From positions 2,418,001 to 2,482,000 of the forward strand of contig CM022676.1 of NCBI GenBank assembly GCA_012295275.1: DNA of 64,000 nt, given 5' to 3'. The notes beneath the pieces are model-generated. The model worked only from the letters and a program-made list of their open reading frames with translations, had not been told where the DNA came from and made no database searches. Positions 1 to 12,483 of this stretch are shown here, in pieces. The position numbers and the translations under genes are program-made. The DNA comes from Chrysomallon squamiferum (Eukaryota > Animalia > Mollusca). The stretch's first letter is position 1. Every line of letters starts with the position of its first letter.

Positions 1-519
1 TACTTAAGTAGGACGTGGGCTGATTGTCAGCTGTAAATAAACATGTTTAAACAAACCACTTCAAAATCTAATAAACATGCTTTTCATCATCATTATTTAT
101 TTTTTAAACATATTCATTAATTAACTATTCATTATCCGACTAGGAAATAATTGAAATTGTCCACGTTATCTTACTCATTACGGTTCATATTTCAAATATG
201 TCTGACTTAAGATTATGTAAAGAAATAATTTTTGACGTAGGATTCAGTGAAAACAAAATCACTAATAGATCTCAACAAATGTATAGACGAGACCGCACGT
301 ATATTACATAGTAACAATTAGATAAAAGAGAATGATAAGTAAAAGTGAGCTGTTACATTTGTTTATGAAACACTTCCTCAATTGCATTATAGATCAAAAC
401 TCAAGCCTAGGTTTTGAAGTCAATGTCAAACTTGTTAATAAAATAACAGATTATTGTGGACATGTTTACACATACATTTTAAATCTAAACTATATATGTA
501 TTACACTTTGCGTCATGTA

Positions 520-607
<88 letters not shown>

Positions 608-820
608 ATACATACATTACAGATGTATACATACAATGCACATCATGCAGATAACATCGCACGTATATTACACAGATACAGTTTGATAAAGACAATCAGC
701 TATAAATATATAACAACCACGCGAGAACTATAAATATCAGACCACCCAACAGTGAACTGACAAATTAAAATCACTTGGAAAACCTCTTTATATAATACTT
801 CCTGGTCTAGTCGAAATACA

Positions 821-879
<59 letters not shown>

Positions 880-1141
880 ACACACATGAATATATATTGC
901 AACATCAGTCAGATAAGATCGTATGTACATTACACAGATACACTCCGATAAAAATACTCAGCTAAAATGACATCACAAACATCGCGAACTATAAATATAA
1001 GACACCCAACACTAACAGATAAAAAGGAAATGAGTTCAAAAACCTGTTTATAAAATACTTCATCGTCTCATCGACATGTCTGTGAAAGACAAGTGTTATA
1101 GTTATTAAGACATAAACAAAAACAAATAAAGTAAAACTCAC

Positions 1142-1196
1142 CAGTTGAAGTCAGTGTTAAAGTTGTTAATAAAATAACAGTGATTACTGTGGACAT
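1142..1196 (-). CDS. Signal-peptide (leader) exon, type A, Ig receptor family: MSTVITVILLTTLTLTST(G)
   Basis: ATG, 18 hydrophobic/Thr codons plus 1 nt, then GTGAGT donor (55 nt, phase 1). Near-identical to the leader upstream of the V exon at 30323. Confidence 0.8.
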
Positions 1197-1277
1197 GGTT
1201 AAAAAATCTAACAACGGGAAAGAAGACGTGTAACAGCGAGCTAGATCCTAGTTGCTTTGTACAGGATGTAAATTACG

Positions 1278-1289
1278 GGTCATGTGACC
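1278..1289 (-). promoter_or_regulatory. M-box/E-box GGTCATGTGACC upstream of type A leader (also 6100-6111, 30259-30270)
   Basis: Conserved motif ~55-95 bp upstream of every type A leader ATG. Confidence 0.5.
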
Positions 1290-1776
1290 GGTGACATAAA
1301 GAAACTATACCCTCTGTGATTGTTGTCTCCCCTAGTCTACTGTACAATCTAAGAAATAAAATCTGCGATTAAAGCACTGACTTAGTTTTTTTAACTGTAA
1401 ATAATCTTTATAAACTGTTGAATGGTCTGCACATATCGAGACAGTTGTTGCACACTCAACAGGAGATGTTATTGTTTTATTTTAAATACAAGGCGCTAGT
1501 CAAGCACTGGAAGAAAGCAGATACGAAATAACATGAAAATGAAAGAGAACACACAAATGGAAGGAGAGAAGAAAGTATAAGAAAGGAAAAAGAGAAGAAA
1601 ACAGAATTTAGAACATGTAATCTATTTATGCTTTATAAATATTACAAATAATTACTTTTGTCCACTGTTAAAGATTTTCCTGTCTAATTATAAATAAAAA
1701 TGTCACAATTTGTAAAACATTTCACATTAACAAGACTTTAAGATTAAATTTATTAAATGACAACAACAACAAAAAA

Positions 1777-1828
<52 letters not shown>

Positions 1829-2261
1829 TTAATAAGAAGAAGCAGAAGAAGAAGAAGAAGAAGAAGAAGAAATAAATAAAAAAGTAAAGTAAATGCACTT
1901 CACAGGTACTGATAGTATAAAAATATTAAAAGTAAGATTTTATTAATTCGTATAAATAAAGGTTGCTTTCATTTTAGTAGCTTGATATTTCATTTAAAAT
2001 TCAGAAGGTTATAAGGGTAGAATATTACGTTAGCTAGTTGAATAATTAAAGCAATGCATTTAACCTAAATTAAGCACGAATTAAATGTCTAAAAAGATTG
2101 ATAAAGAGTTAATAAATTAAGAAGATAATATTTTCTGTTAAAGAAAATAACCAACACACTGAAGAATGATAAGAGCTTGAAAGCGGAAATAACTGTCGTG
2201 AAGCTTTTCAAACAATTCGTTCTTTCTTTTTTTTTTCTTTGTTCATTGCGCTCAATATATT

Positions 2262-2359
<98 letters not shown>

Positions 2360-2572
2360 ATCTTCAAACAAGAAATTAAAACAAAGTAATAAATATTGTT
2401 TGAGAAAAATTTTAAGTAATTTTATTACTAGACTAATACTGATGACACGTACACGAAACAATGCACATATAAAATAGATCGCCTTGTTAATATTAACTAT
2501 AAAATAAAACAATACCCATACAATATAAAATGCTTGTAAATATTAATTATACTACGAATATAAAATACCAAG

Positions 2573-2589
<17 letters not shown>

Positions 2590-2610
<21 letters not shown>

Positions 2611-2808
2611 AATCTGCTTGTTAATATTGATTATGTTCTGGTATCTATCACCTGATATGTCTATATTATCAAATATTAGTTCTTGTTTTACGTAATTATT
2701 CAATTTTCTGATTGATATTTGGCTGATCCGTTTACGATTTCGCTTTGTTCATTTGATTCGGGTTCTTTGTTTCTACTCTCAGACCTCCTTCTGTGTCATT
2801 TAATTTAG
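2590..2808 (-). pseudogene. Decayed cytoplasmic-tail exon of Ig receptor
   Basis: Paralog of the tail exons at 7348 and 54693 (SxEQ..GS.xYxxEN..NYV). Acceptor AG changed to AC; several stops. Confidence 0.65.
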
Positions 2809-3770
2809 GTGTAATATAACATAATAGTTTATAAGTAACACACTTAATAGACCAATGAATTATATACTGTGTTTTATATGTTTCTACTATGTACGAATGT
2901 AAGTATTCATGTATGTATAAATTTCGAGGTCAAATTCACAGAATAAAAGATTATTAATTTCTTTAAATAAATTTAAAGCACTAAGTTTGAAACGAACAAA
3001 TGAAACAATAATATTCTCAAGAGATCTTATAAAATGCAAAAGATTAATAATAGAATAAAAACAATTGTCGAAATAAAATGTAAATAAAATCATAGTATTT
3101 AAAAGAAAAGTGTAATTGACGGGAGTAATATGATTATATTTTGAAACACACGGATACACTAAGAGAGATAGAGCAAAGGACAGAGAGACAGACAGACAGA
3201 GAGACACAGCCATGCACACAATATAAACAGATTTCATATATATTTCAAGAATAAATTATATAATTTAACGGTCTGAATGTAGTTATAAATATACTGCAAT
3301 ATCAGTCAGATAATATCGCATGTACCTAAACCAGCTATATTTTGATAAAGATAATCAGCTACAAATATAAAATAACCACTCCAGAACTATAAATATATGG
3401 CACCCAACACTGTACTTATCCAAACTAAAAATCGCTTGTAAACCCTGTTTATAAAATACTTCCTAGTCTAGTCAATATGTCTGTGACATACAACAGTAAC
3501 AGTCAATGTTAAACTTGTAAACAAAATATATAGAGTCACACCCAAACAGACACACACAAACACACAACACACACACAAACATGCACATATGAGTATATAA
3601 TATACATTACATGTACATTATATACAATCAGTTAGATCAAATAGAATGATAAATAAAATTAATTTGTTAACGCATTAATAAAAAATAAAAAATATTCCTG
3701 TATTTCTCGATAGATCAAAACTGAAGACTTGTATTTAGAGATAAAGAAAAAGAAATTAAGTAAAACTCAC

Positions 3771-3825
3771 CAGTTGAAGTCAGTGTTAAACTTGTTAATA
3801 AAATAACAGTGATTAATCTAGACAC
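3771..3825 (-). pseudogene. Leader exon type B with ATG changed to GTG: (V)SRLITVILLTSLTLTST(G)
   Basis: 55 nt, GTGAGT donor intact. Flanks ~2930-4850 are homologous to 56160-57400. No V exon follows. Confidence 0.72.
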
Positions 3826-3909
3826 GGTTAAACAATCTAAGAACAACGTAAATGGAGAAATGTAACAGCGAGCTACTCCCTAGTTACTTTGTACAGGTTG
3901 TAAATTATG

Positions 3910-3921
3910 GGTCACGTGACC
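3910..3921 (-). promoter_or_regulatory. Palindromic GGTCACGTGACC E-box/CLEAR-like element upstream of type B leader (also 56658-56669)
   Basis: Perfect 12-bp palindrome at the same position relative to both type B leaders. Confidence 0.55.
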
Positions 3922-5372
3922 AGTGAGATAAAGAAACAACACCCTCTGTGACTGTTGTCTCCCCTCTTCTACCGAACAATTCACAAAGTAAATCGGCTAT
4001 TTAACCGTGATCTAGTTTTAATTGTGCGGACATTCTGACATATTTGTTACACACACAACACGAGATGAATTTGTCTTATTTTAAACAGAGGTCGCTACTA
4101 AAACTGTGGATGAAAGGAGATACAAAGAACATGAAAATGAAAGAGAGAAGAGAACCAAGCTAAGGACAGCACAAAGCTAAAGCAAGAAGAAACAGAAAAG
4201 AGATTATTTTTATATGTATAATTAATTAATGTTTTAAAAATATTATAACTAATAACTGTTGTCCACTGTAAAACAATTTCAAATCTCAACATAAATATCA
4301 ATGTCCTATCCCTAGTTCAAATTTCACATTAAAACACACATTCCAAAAAAAAAAACATCACATGGAATTTGTTATTTTGCTAGTTTGTTTTTTAAAAAAG
4401 CGAACAAGAATTGAAAATCTTTAAAATGATCATCATAATATGATCAATATTTAAAAAAATCTGCATTGTAACGTTATGTTAATTCAATTTAAAACAAGTT
4501 TTAATGGTAAGGTGAGGATATTTTGTTTAATTAAAATTATATTTAATATTTCTTAAATTGTAGAGATTTAAGTTTTCAGGCTGAATAAGAAAAACATATT
4601 TAATGTAAAGATGCACCAATTAAATCACTAAGAAGAATAATTAAAAATTAAAAATATCAATAAAAATTAATGAATTAATGAAAGGGAACTAAAACTATGT
4701 AAAATTATACGTTACATAAAAAACACACATAAAAGAACGATCAGAGCGTCTCACCAGTAAGGGAAATAAAAAAAAAAGCTTTTATAACTTTTTCTTTCCT
4801 TCTTTCTTTCTTTATTACTTTCTTTCTTTCTTTCTTTCTTTATTTATTACTTTACTTAAATAGGACATGAGCTGATTGTGGGCTGTAAATAAACATGTTT
4901 AAACAAACCACTTCAAAATCTAATAAACATGCACTTCATCATCATTATTTATATCTTAAACATATTCATTAATTAATTATTCATTATCCGACTAGGAAAT
5001 AATTAAAATTGTCCACGTTATCTTACTCGTTACGGTTCATATATCAAAGATTTCTGACCTTAAGGTGATGTAAAGAAAGAATTTTTGACGTAGGATTCAG
5101 TGAAAACAAAATCACTAATAGGTCTCAACAAATGTATAGACGAGACCGCATTTATATTACATAGTAACAATTAGATAAAAGAGAATGATAAGTAAAAGTG
5201 AGCTGTTACATTTGTTTATGAAACACTTCCTGGATTCCGATAGAGATCAAAACTCAAGCCTAGATTTTGAAGTCAATGTCAAACTTGTTAACAAAATAAC
5301 AGATTATTGTGGACATGTTTACACATACATTTTAAATCTAAACTATATATGTATTACACTTTGCGTCCTGTA

Positions 5373-5460
<88 letters not shown>

Positions 5461-5666
5461 ATACATACATTACAGATGTATACATACAATGCACATCATG
5501 GAGATAACATCACATGTATATTACACAGATAAATTATGATAAAGACACTCATCTATAAATATATAACAACCACGCGAGAACTATCAATATAAGACCACCC
5601 AACAGTGAACTGACAAATTAAAATCACTTGGAAAACCTCTTTATATGTTACTTCCTGGTCTAGTCG

Positions 5667-5705
<39 letters not shown>

Positions 5706-5960
5706 TGAATATATATTGCAACATCAGTCAGATAAGATCGCATGTACATTACACAGATACACTCCGATAAAAATACTCAGCTAAAAAGACATCACAAACA
5801 TCGCGAACTATAAATATAAGACACCCAACACTAACAGATAAAAAAGAAATCAGTTCAAACATCTATTTATAAAATACTTCATCGTCTCATCGACATGTCT
5901 GTGAAAGACAAGTGTTATAGTTATTTAGACATAAACAAATACAAATAAAGTAAAACTCAC

Positions 5961-6015
5961 CAGTGGAAGTTAGTGTTAAACTTGTTAATAAAATAACAGT
6001 GATTACTGTGGACAT
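5961..6015 (-). CDS. Leader exon type A: MSTVITVILLTSLTLTST(G)
   Basis: ATG at 6015, 55 nt, GTGAGT donor. Visible inside ORF 5887..6105. Confidence 0.8.
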
Positions 6016-6843
6016 GGTTAAACAATCTAAGAACAACGGGAAAGAAGACGTGTAACAGCGAGCTAGATCCTGGTTGCTTTGTACAGGGTGTAAATTGCGG
6101 GTCATGTGACCGGTGACATAAAGAAACTATACCCTCTGTGATTGTTGTCTCCCCTAGTCTACTGTAAAATCTAAGAAATAAAATCTGCGATTAAAGCACT
6201 GACTTAGTTTTTTTAACTGTAAATAATCTTTATAAACTGTTGAATGGTCTGCACATATCGAGACAGTTGTTGCACACTCAACAGGAGATGTTATTGTTTT
6301 ATTTTAAATACAAGGCGCTAGTCAAGCACTGGAAGAAAGCAGATACGAAATAACATGAAGATGAAAGAGAGAATACACAAATGGAAGGAGAGAAGAAAGT
6401 ATAAGAAAGGAGAAAGAGAAGAAAGTATAAGAAAGGAGAAAGAGAAGAAAACAGAATTTAGAACATATAATCTATTTATGCTTTATAAATATTATAAATA
6501 ATTACTTTTGTCCACTGTTAAAGATTTTCCTGTCTAATTATAAATAACTATGTCACAATCCTTTGTAAAACATTTCACATTTAAATAGACTTTAAGATTA
6601 AATTTATTAAATGACAATAACAATGAAAATAATAATAATGATAATAATTGTTTTATATTTATAGCTGAGTATCTTTATCAAGTATCTGTGTCAGGTACAT
6701 GCGATGTTGTCTGCTTGTTGTTGCAGAATACTGATACACAAATTCAGACGGTTACATTATATAATGTATTTTTGAAGTATATCTGAAATCTATTAGTATT
6801 GTTTGCATAGCTGTTATCAGTATGTGTGTGTGTGTGTGTGTGT

Positions 6844-6918
<75 letters not shown>

Positions 6919-7149
6919 ATCGTTTCCGCTTTAAACAAGAAATTAAAACAAAGTGATAAATATTGTTTGAGAAAAAACAAGCAGTAACTACACTAATACA
7001 GATGACACATACACGAATCAATACACATATAAAATGAATATCCTTCTTAATATTAACTATAAAATAAAACAATACCCATACAATGTAAAATGCTTGTTAA
7101 TATTAATTATACTACGAATATAAAATACCAAACAATACATATATAAAAT

Positions 7150-7348
7150 AAATCTGCTTGTTAATATTGATTATGTTCTGGTATCTATCACCTGATATGT
7201 CTATATTATCAAATATTAGTTTTTGATTTACGTAATTATTCAATTTTCTGGTTGATACTTGGTTGATCCGTTTACGATTTCGCTTTGTTCACTTGATTCG
7301 GGTTCTTTGTTTCTACTCTCAGACCTCCTTCCGTGTCGTTTCATTTAG
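7150..7348 (-). pseudogene. Cytoplasmic-tail exon with a stop in its first full codon (*MKRHGRRSESRNKEPESSEQSEIVNGSTKYQPEN*...NYVNQ...YQNI)
   Basis: TTTTAG acceptor; phase 2 matches the TM-exon donor at 9234. TAA stands where the 54693 paralog has TAT. Confidence 0.68.
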
Positions 7349-7507
7349 CTAAAATATAACATAATAGTTTATAAGTAACACACTTAATAGACCAATGAAA
7401 TATGTACTCTATTTTATATGTTTCTACCTATGTGTGTAAGTATGTATGAATATAAGTATTCATATATGTATGTACGTATGTATGTATATATGTATGTATG
7501 TATCCAT

Positions 7508-7550
<43 letters not shown>

Positions 7551-7689
7551 GCATATATCTGTGTATACAGTTGTGTGTATACGTACGTATGCATTTACGT
7601 CTATGTGGATCTATCGATATATGAAAGATGAGCATAGATGCGAATATATGCATAACGTATATGAATGGGTATTGGTCAGTGTCGTAGGT

Positions 7690-7776
<87 letters not shown>

Positions 7777-7917
7777 TGTGTAAGCATATATCTGTGTATA
7801 CAGTTGTGTGTATACGTACGTATGGATTTACGTCTATTTGGATCTATCGATATATGAAAGATGAGCATAGATGCAAATATATGCATAACATATATGAGTG
7901 GGTACTGGTCAGTGGCG

Positions 7918-7976
<59 letters not shown>

Positions 7977-8379
7977 CTGTGTGTGTTATGGATGTTATAA
8001 TATGGAAGTTTCCAGCTCTATTATTAAAATCGATACGTTTGCTAACACAATTAGATTTTGGTCAGAGAGTCAAGGGTTAGAAAAAGAAAAAAAGGAAATA
8101 CAAAATAAGTATTTCAAAGTGTTCTATTTGATTGATTAAAATTGTTGTCACGTTGTCCTCCACAGGTAATATAGATATAGGAAATAATTCCAAAAATCAG
8201 TGAGAATTTGAAATCAGGAAACTATATCCTGAATGATAATAAAGCGTTTTCAAACAAAAGAAGAACTAAATTCTAAAACAACCAAAAATGTTTAATACAC
8301 GAAAATTATAATTTTAGCGAAAAATATATATATATATATTAGACCTAACTAATGCAAGAGAAGTAACAGACTATTTTAT

Positions 8380-9000
8380 TGAAAAGCAAACTCATCAGAT
8401 GATTTTTCATTTTCAGTTAATAAAACAAAGACTGTTCAATGAGTTTTCTGAGGTACAACTCTGCAGCTAAAAATACATTTTCAGATTCTTCACTTGTTAG
8501 CTTAATTGAAAGTAATGCATTACAGAGTTTGTCTAGATTTTCTGCTCTTTATAAAGATACTTCCAAGGTCTTAAACTCCATGTTGACATCAAAAGTTAAA
8601 GAAGATTCTTTTCTCAGAGGAATCGTCTCTAACTGTTCTGTTTCTGGCAAACATTCATCATTTTACGTTTTATATACTTCTATTCTGGTTAAATCTTTAT
8701 AGCAGCCAGATTCTTATTGGTTTACACTTTGTTTTTCATGCTGATACAACTGTACACTATTTTCAGAGAAAAACCTTTTAATGTCTGTCTGCAGTTTTGT
8801 TGAGTAAATCTTTAGAAGGAGATGAAAAAAAGCTCATGATCCTGATTTTTCAAAGTTCCAGCGTCATGAAGATATTTAAGCAAGCCTACAATCTCTATTT
8901 CTCTTCTTGAGGAATAATAAATACTCAGGCTTTCTTTCAATGAATTTGCTAGTGGGGGTATTCCTCTGTGAAAGTGTTTTTTAATTCTCATAAACTATAG
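8380..9000 (-). mobile_element. Degraded hAT-family transposase C-terminal remnant
   Basis: Minus-strand reading NLDKLCNALLSIKLTSEESENVFLAAELY resembles the hAT dimerisation motif (LLxIxxTSxxSERxFSxAG). RREIEIVGLLKYLH lies upstream. Multiple stops. Confidence 0.6.
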
Positions 9001-9233
9001 GATTACTTAAGAGAGAAGACTGCAATACAGATATATAGTAACACAATTACAGTGCTCATCCGAATCACTCAGGGGTTTGTTCACAATAGATTAACGTTTG
9101 CTGGACGAGAGTTTCAAATGGTGTCGGTTTTCTTAAAGTAATTGTTTGAAGGGTCGTGAAAAAGCAACCAGACAGAGCTCAGTGAAGGAAGATATGTAGG
9201 ACAGACACACAGACAGAGAGTAAGTAGACTTAC

Positions 9234-9327
9234 ACGAAGATGACCACGCCGACTACCACGAGTAGCATGAAACAGAATGAGTGAACAGCAGCTACGGCAT
9301 CTGTGGGCTTGGAAATAGCCGGTTCAC
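9234..9327 (-). CDS. Transmembrane exon: (G/S)EPAISKPTDAVAAVHSFCFMLLVVVGVVIFV
   Basis: AATTAG acceptor, GTAAGT donor, 94 nt, phase 1 to 2. Hydrophobic stretch. Inverted paralog at 28661-28754. Confidence 0.78.
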
Positions 9328-10169
9328 CTAATTCAATAATACATGATAATGAGAAAGTCAACATGTTCAACGTATTAGACACAATATGTGACTGTAAAAC
9401 AAAAAGATGTACGTTGGAATTCGTGGCGAAGATTAAAATGTTCAAGTATATTGTAAAAATGATTTAGCTTAATTGCAGAAATATTGTTTCCGTTATGTTA
9501 TTTTCATGGTATTGTTTAAGTAATTTTATTTAATTATAGTGATAGATAGATTACATAGAAAAAAACACTGATAAATAGACAAAGAAGTATATAGTTATAT
9601 ATATATATATATACATATATTGATAGATAGATAGATAGAATGATAGATAGATACACGGATGGATGGATGGAGAGACACACAAAAAGACAGAAGATAAAAG
9701 TCTGTATTATAACGAATCTTATGTCATAATCAAATAAATTAAACACTCATGACAATTTCAGTTTCAGTGTTATTTATAAATGATTAAGCCAATCTCTTAC
9801 CTCATCAGCATGAAATAAGACAAATTTAAAATAAAATATTGAAATGTGTATTAATGCATAACAGCAACAGAAAAGCTATTATTACAAATAGCATCAACAC
9901 ATACGATTAGTGTCAACTGTTATATATTAATTGTTATATGTAAAATATACTAAATGTGCTCACCCGAAACAAAAATCAAAGTCTACTTCTTACAAACAAA
10001 ATTAAACTTACTTTAATGTATCACAATTTGCGCGACTCAGTATCTGTTTCACAATATAAATGACGTTTTTCGTTACCACAATAAAATAACACTAAATATA
10101 AAATATACTAAATGTGCTCACCCGAAACAGATATCAAAGTGTTGTTGTTACAAACAAAATTAAACTTTC

Positions 10170-10204
10170 TTGAATGTCAGTGGTAACGTCTACGTGTATG
10201 AGTA
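10170..10204 (-). pseudogene. 35-nt linker micro-exon with donor GT changed to GA
   Basis: Homologous to 27724-27758, which has AG and GTAAGT intact. Confidence 0.4.
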
Positions 10205-10443
10205 CTGAAACTAAAATCAAGTTTATCAGTTACGTAATCCAATAATACAACAAATGGCAAAACATACAGATTAACAAGTTGAAACTGGACATAACAACGT
10301 TATAGTCGCCGCTATTTTCTTCCATTAAATCATTTCAATTCAGTTGCCTTCTTAAAACAATTTTGTTATACGTTACACATAACAATGGCTTGTTCCATAC
10401 ACCAATGATTTTCATTCTAAAACCAATTAAAATGAAATCTTAC

Positions 10444-10776
10444 TTTGAATGTTGTTGGTAAAGTTTGCAGAATAGAGCTCGATATTACCCACAATGCATC
10501 TGAACATTCGCATTGTTTTACTGAGAGATACAGTGTGATTTAAAAGAGAACTTCCTCTGTTCTCACACCCAGATAGTCTAGGCGGGTCATCTTTGATTCT
10601 GTCTGTGTATGGATACGATATCCACGTCATGTCACCAGCGTACTTCCACTGCCACGACCACGACTGTGCTGGGTTACCAACATTTCCATTACACCTGAAC
10701 TCCACAGTTTCAATGACAACATAGGGGCTGAACTCCTTTCTTGGTGTAACGATCATTTCAATTTCACCTGGCTTTG
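10444..10776 (-). CDS. Ig C2/I-set-like domain exon (AKPGEIEM...FRCNGNVGNPAQSWSWQW...FRCIVG...SANFT)
   Basis: 333 nt, open, TTTCAG acceptor and GTAAG donor, phase 1-1. Ig-fold Cys, Trp and FRC motifs. Confidence 0.9.
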
Positions 10777-11030
10777 CTGAAACATAAAAATATGAAATAA
10801 ATAAACACTGCGTCTTTCTGTAATTTAGTTCAGTTATAAATGTTATATATATATACAAATGCGTTATTATATTTATTATCCGACTGTAAATTTTATCAAA
10901 TTTTGCATTTTAATTCAGTCATTACGGTTCATATTTCAAATATTTCTGAACTTAAGTAATAAAAAACAGTAATTTTTGACGTATAATTCAAAGAAAACAA
11001 GATTACTAATACTTTTCAATAAATATTTAC

Positions 11031-11118
11031 CAGAGCGAAAAGTGAATCCTGTTAAGTAAGTAGTTATCAGCTCTGAACCGATTTCTGTAAGATGACTGTC
11101 GTGTGCATTGCGAATTAT
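11031..11118 (-). CDS. C-type lectin domain exon B (IIRNAHDSHLTEIGSELITTYLTGFTFRS)
   Basis: CTACAG acceptor, GTAAAT donor, 88 nt, phase 0 to 1. Resembles CTL CxxxxSHLxEIxS, with Arg at the Cys position. Confidence 0.65.
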
Positions 11119-11622
11119 CTGTAGCAAAGAAACAACATGTTAAACCTAATTAACAAGGTAAGTAATAATAATAATTATAATAATAACAACAACAACAATA
11201 ATAATTATGATAAACCATAACACAAGATTTCCAAAGCATTACAAAGACAACGTTTTTCTCTTTATGTCTCTGTATCGTTCTTTCTGTTAATCTACTTAAT
11301 ACATATACACACCAGTCTTTCTATACACTACCTGTCGCTTTGGCTGTCTATATATCTGTCTTGATCAGTAACCACAAATTATTTATTAATAATACTCACA
11401 CGTTATTGCTCTATCTCTCACAAGCATAACACACGTTTACGCATAAACGTAGACGCATGCACATATATAATACATACACAAGAACATATACATAAAGACA
11501 CATAACAACATATACATAAAGCTACACAGAAATACACACTCACATACACAGAGGAATACATAAAAATACACAAACTCACAGACACAAACATACACACAAA
11601 GACAGGTGATTTTTAAATTTAC

Positions 11623-11711
11623 ATCAGCTTCTGGCCAAGTCACTCTCAGACGCATCAGACCGTAACAGGTTTTTCCCAAGCGTGTCCAACATCTAGGGCA
11701 TCGCCTCTGTT
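11623..11711 (-). CDS. C-type lectin domain exon A (QRRCPRCWTRLGKTCYGLMRLRVTWPEAD)
   Basis: CPxxWxxxxxxCY...TWxEA motif of long-form CTLD N-terminus, GTAAAT donor. Acceptor position tentative. Confidence 0.75.
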
Positions 11712-12297
11712 CTGCTTCCATAAAACCCACACACAGTATAAAATTATTACTTGTTTCTATCTACCTACATACGTTCATACATAACTTCGTACCTACAAAC
11801 AAACACACACAAACATATACATACATATTCAAGTATACAAAACCATTTATTTAGAAATACACACATGCATGCACACACAAAGGCAAACAAGAATACATCC
11901 ATGTACATAATGCATACAGATAAGCATATATGCTATACATATTCACATTTATTAATACTCTGTTAGAACATTTTCTAATTTACATATATCCTGAACTGAA
12001 TATATATAAATATAAAACGAAAAGAAATAAACATACAGCCTGTGTTATTGACATAGAGAATTGACCGAAACGTTATTATTGCATCCACTCGCCGTATGTC
12101 TATCTGAAGAACTATCTGCATTTGCGTGTGCATGTTTGTGTTTCTATGTGTGTATGTATATCTGTATATATGTCTGTGTATGTCTGTGTTTGTGTGTACG
12201 TGTCAGCGGAATCTGACGGGTTTGTGAGTTCGTGATTGGACTTTGTCCTCCTGTGAAAGTGCGCTCTCGAAACCTGTCTATGTCCAGAGACTAATCA

Positions 12298-12483
12298 GAA
12301 TCAGTTCTTTTAACACATCACGTGAACTTAGTCTGTGTGTATCCATCGCAAATAAAAACGTTTCTTTCACAGAAAAAAGAAGTTGAGTATTTTATCATCA
12401 TCAACATCATCATCAATATTATTATTTATATCATTATTAGTATTATGCTGTTGTTGTCGTATTTTACAACTGAAGGAGTCAAC
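12298..12483 (+). pseudogene. Copy of the intron-1 end and first ~7 nt of the V exon of the 60-kb Ig gene, cut off by the satellite
   Basis: Near-identical to 60737-60913; ORFs 12322 and 60762 share an N-terminus. Confidence 0.8.

Larger units (their letters stand above)
1..7440. repeat. Direct segmental duplication, period ~4.85 kb (1-~2890 repeated at 4853-~7440)
   Basis: Near-identical ORFs at 332/5185 and 454/5307 (offset 4853). Leader exon, promoter and tail-exon remnants recur in the same order. Confidence 0.92.

Noticed and set aside
8439-8702. 87-aa plus-strand ORF
   Set aside because: Antisense to the hAT-like remnant; no recognisable motif.
9230-9233. Stop codon on read-through of TM exon donors as a dedicated GPI/tail-less switch
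   Set aside because: Any phase-2 GTAA donor yields an in-frame TAA, so this is not evidence by itself.
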